A stretch of 64,000 nucleotides of DNA. Origin: Chrysomallon squamiferum. Lineage: Eukaryota; Animalia; Mollusca. Location of the stretch: positions 8,990,001-9,054,000 of the forward strand of contig CM022676.1 in the NCBI GenBank assembly GCA_012295275.1. Direction: 5' to 3'. Shown piece after piece: positions 56,895 to 64,000 of this stretch. A program made the position numbers and the translations under genes. Under the pieces are notes generated by a model. That model was not told where the DNA came from and searched no databases. It saw only the letters and a program-made list of their open reading frames with translations. Every line of letters starts with the position of its first letter. Position 1 is the first letter of the stretch.

Positions 56895-57875
56895 ATGGCC
56901 ACCAGGCGCACAATGTTTACAAACGATTTCAGATCTCCAATGAAAAGAAAGGAACTGCGCATGACATTTCTGAAAGAATTTCCGATTAAAACGGAAGATG
57001 ATGAACGCCCCGACTGCCTAACAAAGAGCCTGGTAGTTTTGGAAGTCGGCGCCATTATCGTTACTGATATTGAAAATGGACTTACTAAGGCCTTCGATAT
57101 GGATGGGAATTATCTGGATTCAATTCATAGAGGAGGAAGACCGTTCGGCTTAGTGGTGATAAGCCACAATGAATTTGTTGTTACGGTTATTACAAACAAA
57201 ACGTTAGCTTTTTGCAGACTAACAGACGACAACAAAATCGAACTCACAAAATCGATAGAAACGGAAGAGCGATATTTTGGAATAGCCAAACTTTCCAATG
57301 ACAATTTCTTAATGGGTACGAAAAGGGCTGTAGATATAATGACGCCAGACGGGGATATCCAGGGACGGATGACGTCAGAATTTGACATCATAAACGCTTT
57401 TCACATTGCCGTGACGAAAGCGGGCGATATCATCGTCGTCGACTCCGAGAAGGTGTGTCTTCTTGTTTTTGATAAATATGGATACCTGCAGAGGCACGTG
57501 CATTTGGGATATATTCTGCTGAGAGGAATTGCAGTAGTCAATGACGTCGTTTTCTACTTAAACAACAAAAAAGACCACGTCTTCACGATCCCGCTTAAAG
57601 GAGATCACGTGACTCTAATTCGCGCCGATAAGAAAAGACTTGTCAAGCCCACGGCACTGTGTGTTCTGCCAGACGGCCGAGTTGTCATTTCGGAAGAACA
57701 AAAAATCAAGATCTTTAGAATTGACGATTACGAGAAAATAATTTCAGTTCACGGGTCCAAGCTGAGACGTGTAAAGACTTTTCTTCTGTCTTGTGTATGG
57801 AAAAATTTATGTGAAACGATTGGTCTTCTTGGCCTTCTAGAACTTTCGCTTGCTTTCGGTATGTACACCACATGA
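56895..57875 (+). CDS. NHL-like/six-bladed beta-propeller protein (326 aa), paralogue of 53235-54260
   Basis: Uninterrupted non-repetitive ORF. IIVTDIENGLTKAFDMDGNYL, RPFGLVVI, RYFGIAKL, FHIAVTKAGDIIVVDSEKVCLLVFDKYG, KPTALCVLPDGRVVISE; colinear with the minus-strand gene (GRMTSEFD vs GRLTSEYE, HVHLG vs HLHLG). Confidence 0.85.
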   Translation: MATRRTMFTNDFRSPMKRKELRMTFLKEFPIKTEDDERPDCLTKSLVVLEVGAIIVTDIENGLTKAFDMDGNYLDSIHRGGRPFGLVVISHNEFVVTVITNKTLAFCRLTDDNKIELTKSIETEERYFGIAKLSNDNFLMGTKRAVDIMTPDGDIQGRMTSEFDIINAFHIAVTKAGDIIVVDSEKVCLLVFDKYGYLQRHVHLGYILLRGIAVVNDVVFYLNNKKDHVFTIPLKGDHVTLIRADKKRLVKPTALCVLPDGRVVISEEQKIKIFRIDDYEKIISVHGSKLRRVKTFLLSCVWKNLCETIGLLGLLELSLAFGMYTT

Positions 57876-57890
57876 AAGAAAATAAAATGG

Positions 57891-57921
<31 letters not shown>

Positions 57922-58102
57922 ATGTGGAGTTCGTGCCTGTGTTTATTGTGAGTGGTGGCAACATCATCATCATCATCATTATTATTATTATTATCATCAT
58001 CATCATCATCATCATCAACATCGTTTTTTTATTATTGTTGTCGTTTTGGGGATTGTTACTTGTTAGAGAGAGAATTAATATTGAATTTTTTTAAAAATTT
58101 TA

Positions 58103-58135
<33 letters not shown>

Positions 58136-59735
58136 TAAAAAATATCTATTTATTAACAATTCCTCCGTTGACTTTTGTATCGTCTGCTGATCGGTGTCAA
58201 TTTCAGTAATGGGACCATGCTCCCGAAGCTATCGTTACGCTTACAAAATATTTATGATTTCGAATGTGTTGTTATGCAGCTCGTTAACCTACGATGTCGA
58301 GATATTAACATCAGGTCAAATCCTGTGTCGTTTGTTAAAGATACGTCGTAACCAAGCATAATATGCACTGCAGAAAAATCACAGGCTAATATTCAGCGAC
58401 CTCATCTATTTTTAGTTCCTGATGAGTTTCCCGGCCTTCCTTACTTGGTCAAAAAGACGGTTAGTGCACGAGATGGGTCGAATTTGTTGGGTACCAAATT
58501 GATGAGCAGATCCAATATGGACATCGGTAAAATAGCTACAAGATTCGATCAAATTTATCTAGGAACATGCAGTTTTTATTATGTTGTTGTTCAGTATAAA
58601 ATTCTGCACGTGCTGATTTATAGTTATTTATAATGTTTTTACTAAAAGTAGTAAATCTGGCTGAAAAAGACGGATATTTAATACTTTCATTTATTTATTT
58701 ATTGTGTAGTTGTTGTTGTTGGTATTTTTTTTTTTTTTTTTTGCGTCATGTAACTCAAGAAGTTTTCTGTCATTTGAAATTCAGGCCACTTTTCTTTCTG
58801 TATTAGAAGTTTATGATGCAGTCATGAACTTGGTTAAATCAAGTTCATCAGACATTTTACAACTTGCTAAGATTGTTATTATATCACTGAAACGTTTGAC
58901 ATTTTTCTACGGGGCAGTTTTAGGAGTTGCTATTAGACACATAAAGAGTTCACAATTTTGCAAGTGACCTGTGTGCATTCAGAATATTATGATTAATAAA
59001 ATGTTTTTATTACGCAATCATTTAGAAAATTTCATTTCTGAGCTGGTTTTATGGAAATTGCGCAGGTAAATCCGAAGATGCCAAATATAACCCCTGAATG
59101 ACACTAATAATTTTCAAAGAAAAAAAAATAATAATAATAATTTTATGCATGAAACAGCTAGATGTAATATAATTTACACTATTTTTACTGTAATGAAAGC
59201 TAAACTATATTAACTTTGTTATATAATGTTTTATACTCGGCAAGTGAGCTCTTTCGTAATGTAAATATAAATATTTATCATTTGTCTACGTCAGAAAACG
59301 TTTTTTTAGATTTAAGCAGAGGTAGTTAATGTAATCACAGTATGAGTAATTGTCATAGGGCCAAGATGAGCATAAACAATAAACACAGTAAAAAATGCAT
59401 TACACTTTAAACAACAAACCTGCATCGACAGATAAACATTGGTTAAAACCTGCCAACGTAGAGGATGTCTCTGTCGTAGACGTGCTTCACAACAGCTCGC
59501 TCTGATTAGCATGTTAATTTTGTTTTTTGTCTGTCTGTCTGCCAACTCACAGTTAACAGACACAGGAAAATTATAATCCCATCTATCAACTCAAATAAGC
59601 ATTTTAATATTTAATAAATATGACAGAAGCTTCATAAACTGTTAGGGTACAAAGAAATAGTAGCAATTAAACCTATAACAAAGAAAAAACCACTTAGGTG
59701 GTTACGTAATAGTTTAGACTAGTTACCTCAAAAGC

Positions 59736-59771
<36 letters not shown>

Positions 59772-60226
59772 TAATAATAATAATAATAGGCATGTTACCC
59801 GATAACCTTGAATGTATTCACGCGACCACATACGGAAGTTTTGTTTGTATTTGTCGCTTTTTGTTACGTAAACAAAGAACATGACATCATAGGTTTAACA
59901 CCTATTGGGTTCAGTGAAGGGAAGATAAATTATAAACCAACATAACTGTGAATGTATTTTTTATATATATATTTTTCTTAAAAAGGCGTTATGAAAACGA
60001 GGCAGTGAGTCATTGGTGAGTAAGCGAACAGTGTGATTAATTACGTTAGATTTTGATAGTGGTACAAGTACTTTAAAAATAATTAATTGTTTATCCGAAT
60101 TCCATTAATATTCTTCTTTTTTTTTATCTTTTATTTATTTTTATTTTTTTAATCTTTTAGCTTTGATAAGGGTGAAATGTATGGGCGTTGATCTAAGTAC
60201 TTAAGAAATATTTAATTGTTAATCCG

Positions 60227-60268
<42 letters not shown>

Positions 60269-60926
60269 CTTTTATTTCTTAGCTCCCACATTTGATAAGG
60301 TTGATCTCCCCAAATAGCACATTTATCTGGCCCAAATGTGTCCCATCATCTAGCAAACTTTGTTTGGCAACCAGTACAATATTTAAAATCTGGACTCGGG
60401 ATCTCCAAAAAATAAAATATATATTTAAAAAATATACAATTTCTTAAAAGACTAGCTTATTAGTTCAGTTTAAACCATATTAAAGAAAAGAAATGTAAAG
60501 ATTATCATCATTATTATCGTAATATCTTTCTCTAAAAAACCACATTGTATATTATTACTTGTTCACAAATGGAGTAGTGACGTCATTGTGCAAGATAACT
60601 GTATATTTTGCTAACGCCATAAAAAAAAAATAATAATAATAATAAAAAAAAAATTAAGTAATTAGTCCATTTTGTATGTGACATCGTAACTTCAGAAAAA
60701 TGGTTGCTCCATTTTTTTTTTTTTTTTTTTCTTTTTTTGTTCTCCAAAGGCTGCGCTTCTGTTTGTCACCAAAACAAACGTGATCAGTCTAATAAACTTT
60801 TATTTGGGTAAAAGAAAGACGTGTACAGATATACTGAACTGCTAAAATGATAGATAAAATTGGTTTACAGATCTATATATAAAAACGAACCACACATAAC
60901 TAAAAGTGTAGGTTTTTTTGTTGTTG

Positions 60927-60984
<58 letters not shown>

Positions 60985-61822
60985 GAACAAAAGAAACGAA
61001 ATTAAAATTAAAATAATATACTAAAGAAACAGTACAAACGGTTTTTCTAAAAGCATTCAAAAAAATCTTCCTTTGATTCTCTCCATTGCACCAAACGTTT
61101 GAAAACTGACCAGCAATTAATTTTACTTCAAGATGTTTTAATGTTTTATTTATTTATTTAAATTTAATTTATTATTATTATTTATTATAAAATTTTTCTC
61201 AAAACACTATCAATATCAATTTAAAGTGTTTGAAAATGTATTAAATTTAAAAATCTTGTACCAGTAATTAATCATTAAAAATAATTAACTGGTGGTTTCA
61301 AATAATAAATGAAAGAAAACAGAACTGAAAAAGAAACTCATATTAAAATTGGCAAACATATTTTGTGAGTAGTAGTAGTAGTAGTAGTAGTAGTAATATA
61401 TAAATAAATAAACAACAAATAAATAAAATAAATAATTTAAAAAAAATGAAATATTTTGAACGAACTACTGACAGACAACAAAAACAAAAATAAATAAACA
61501 AAAAATAAAAGAAACATCATCAAGATTTTAATCAAACTTTAATTTTCCTATTAAATACATTTTAAAAATTTATTACTACAATTTTATTTTAGTTTTAAAA
61601 GACAGGCTTTTACCATGTTTCAAAATTCTCCTTTCCCTTTCGGTTTTCATTACAAGTACATTGCCACCTCATCGTCTGCTACTATTTTTGTTAAAAAGTT
61701 CAATGAATACAAGAACATATCGCATCAATGTACATCAACAAATCCACTGCCCATTGGTCAGCTTTTCTGGTAACTATGACAACGTGATTTTACACCAATG
61801 ACCAGACATTGTCATTTAACAT

Positions 61823-61867
<45 letters not shown>

Positions 61868-64000
61868 TGACACAAGTTTATATACTTGGTATTAACACAA
61901 CCCAACAGGTGAGTGACATACAACATGGAAAAAAAAAGTAGAGTAAAAAGTGGTTAAAAATTATATATGTATAAAACAATGTCAAATGCTATAATATACA
62001 GGAACAATGTGTGTAATGACTCTAATTAAGTGTTTATGCTGACAATTTCCTACTGACTAAATCTAACATCAAAATGCTGAAGAACAAGGGAAAAAAAAGG
62101 ACATCCAAATGCTCAAGAACTGGAAAAAAAAATGAAAAAACAAAAAAAGAATTTTTTTTCCTTTAACCAGTTTGCACCTGTGACTTTTACAATATGCATC
62201 ATGAAGAGATTCTGTTGTTATTTATATGTATATTTTTAAATTAAATTCTGCATGAATGTATAACCATACCCATATCAGAAGTGATTGAACCTTAATAACT
62301 ACCTACCAGAGTATTTTTATGTCAATATAACATCCAGATGTTTACAAAACTTGCACCTTTTAACATTCATCAAGCATGATTATATTTTTTTTTATTTCTG
62401 TAACAGTACTGATTAAATTATTTGAAAATTTTTAAAATTTTGGTTTATCTGCATAGGTAGAACTTTTTAGCCATAAACACCTTAAACAACAAAAAAACCA
62501 AAAAAAATAACAAAAAAAACACAAAAAAACATAACAAAAAAAAACAACATTATCTTCTTTTAAATTTCTAATTTTAGAAAGATTGCAAATCCAGAGTGAA
62601 AAGGAAAAAGGAACAAATAAAATATGAATTAAAAAATAATAATAATAATCAAGAGAAGTTCTTTTTTTAATTTGCAGTTTTAAAAAGATCACGAATCCAC
62701 ATTGGAAAAGCATAAGTAACAACACGATTGTTAAAAAATAATAATAAAAACAAAAATAAAAACAAAATAAATATTAAATCAAAAATTAAGATTATAAAGA
62801 ATTGCTACTTGATATGACTAAGAGAACACAAGCTGGATGTTTAAGCAAGTCGAAAAAAAAATTAATTAATAATAATCATTATCTTCATCACATGAACTTG
62901 CATGGAATGTAAGTGGGAAAGTAAAAAAAAAAAAAAAAAATGAAATTCTAATCATTATATATGTACACTTATTTTAACAAACTATAGAACTGATAATATT
63001 TCAGGCCGTTAGTAAATTAATAGAAGTGAAAATGATCTACATTTAGGAAACTTTAATTTCGAACACTAACAAAAATTATTTTTAACTACTGTTTAGCAAA
63101 TTTGCAAGAAAAAATGTTTTGAAAAAAAAAATTTAGAATTGTTAAATTTTTTATTCTAGGGATTTTAAACAGTCTCACATTTTTCATAACTGGAAAAAAG
63201 CTTTACAATAAAACATGAAGACCACAAAAAAAAAAAAAATCAGAAAAAAAATCAGAATACTTTAAAAAGGAAAAAAGAACATTTAAAATTACTTTAAAAA
63301 TTATGAAAGGAAAAAGAAAAGGAAAACATTTAAAATTTTCTCAACATACACAAGTATTGCTGAACAACATTTGTTTTCTCTTTATCCTGTTTTTTTTTTT
63401 TTTTTTTCGTCTTTTTCTGTATTTTTTTTCTGCATTTTTTTTTTTTAACTTTTTTTTTTCAGATACACATATCTCATCTCATACTAAAAGTGGAAAAAAT
63501 AGGTATCAAACTTACAGTGATAAAAAAATCATCATCATTTTCTAAAACAAAATGCAATTATTCACAAACGGGGAAAAAAAAAAAAAAAAAAGAAAGTAAA
63601 TATGTATATATCAACAATTCTGGGTAATACTAGTAGACTACTCTTCATGTCTACTTATTTTATTACTTATCTGTCTATAATCTATGTTATCTGGATTACA
63701 CAAAACTCCCTAAACACAAAAATAAGAAGAAAAATAAAATACAACAAAAAATCCCACAATGCCAGTACATCTTCAATCTCAATGAACAAACACATTTCCG
63801 CACATAACTAACTTGCATACAGTCATACGTACATACACATGTAAAACAAAAACAAAAAAATAATAATGTAAAATGAAAAAAAGGATCAGACATTTTTTAA
63901 AATTATTTTGTTGTTGTTGTTATTACTGCAAGCCGAATTTCAACGACTTTGAGAAGAAGATGGCAAAAATGTTTTAGGTTTTTTGTTTTTTTCAGTTTGG

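Noticed and set aside
57900-64000. Possible gene or long 3'UTR at the right end of the window
   Set aside because: No ORF with recognisable features and no exon chain found; a UTR of a gene outside the window cannot be supported from sequence alone.

Overview
Eukaryotic, AT-rich, microsatellite-saturated animal DNA with GT-AG spliceosomal introns. The gene content and repeat style suggest a mollusc or other lophotrochozoan, but this is inference. Three blocks of paralogues were reconstructed by hand. (1) Two tandem + strand SLC16/MCT-like MFS transporter genes: 1-3731 (5'-truncated by the window) and 15467-20977. (2) Four tandem - strand flavin-containing monooxygenase (class B FMO) genes of six coding exons each: FMO-A 23633-27389, FMO-B 31522-35737, FMO-C 39897-46129, FMO-D 48007-51346. 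FMO-B carries a +1/-1 indel pair with a stop between them. (3) A head-to-head pair of stand-alone NHL-like beta-propeller genes with intronless CDS and a shared hydrophobic C-terminal tail: 53235-54260 (-) and 56895-57875 (+). The most notable signals are as follows. All four FMOs have a remodelled dinucleotide site (G-N/S-S-F/L-S-A instead of GxGNSG, and (C/S)VGSG where FMOs normally carry the NADPH 2'-phosphate-binding Arg). Coding exon 1 is nearly identical across otherwise divergent paralogues. FMO-B looks mosaic. The CRE palindrome TGACGTCA occurs at least 21 times. Most ORFs in the supplied track are microsatellite artefacts, and I found no coding sequence after about 57.9 kb.
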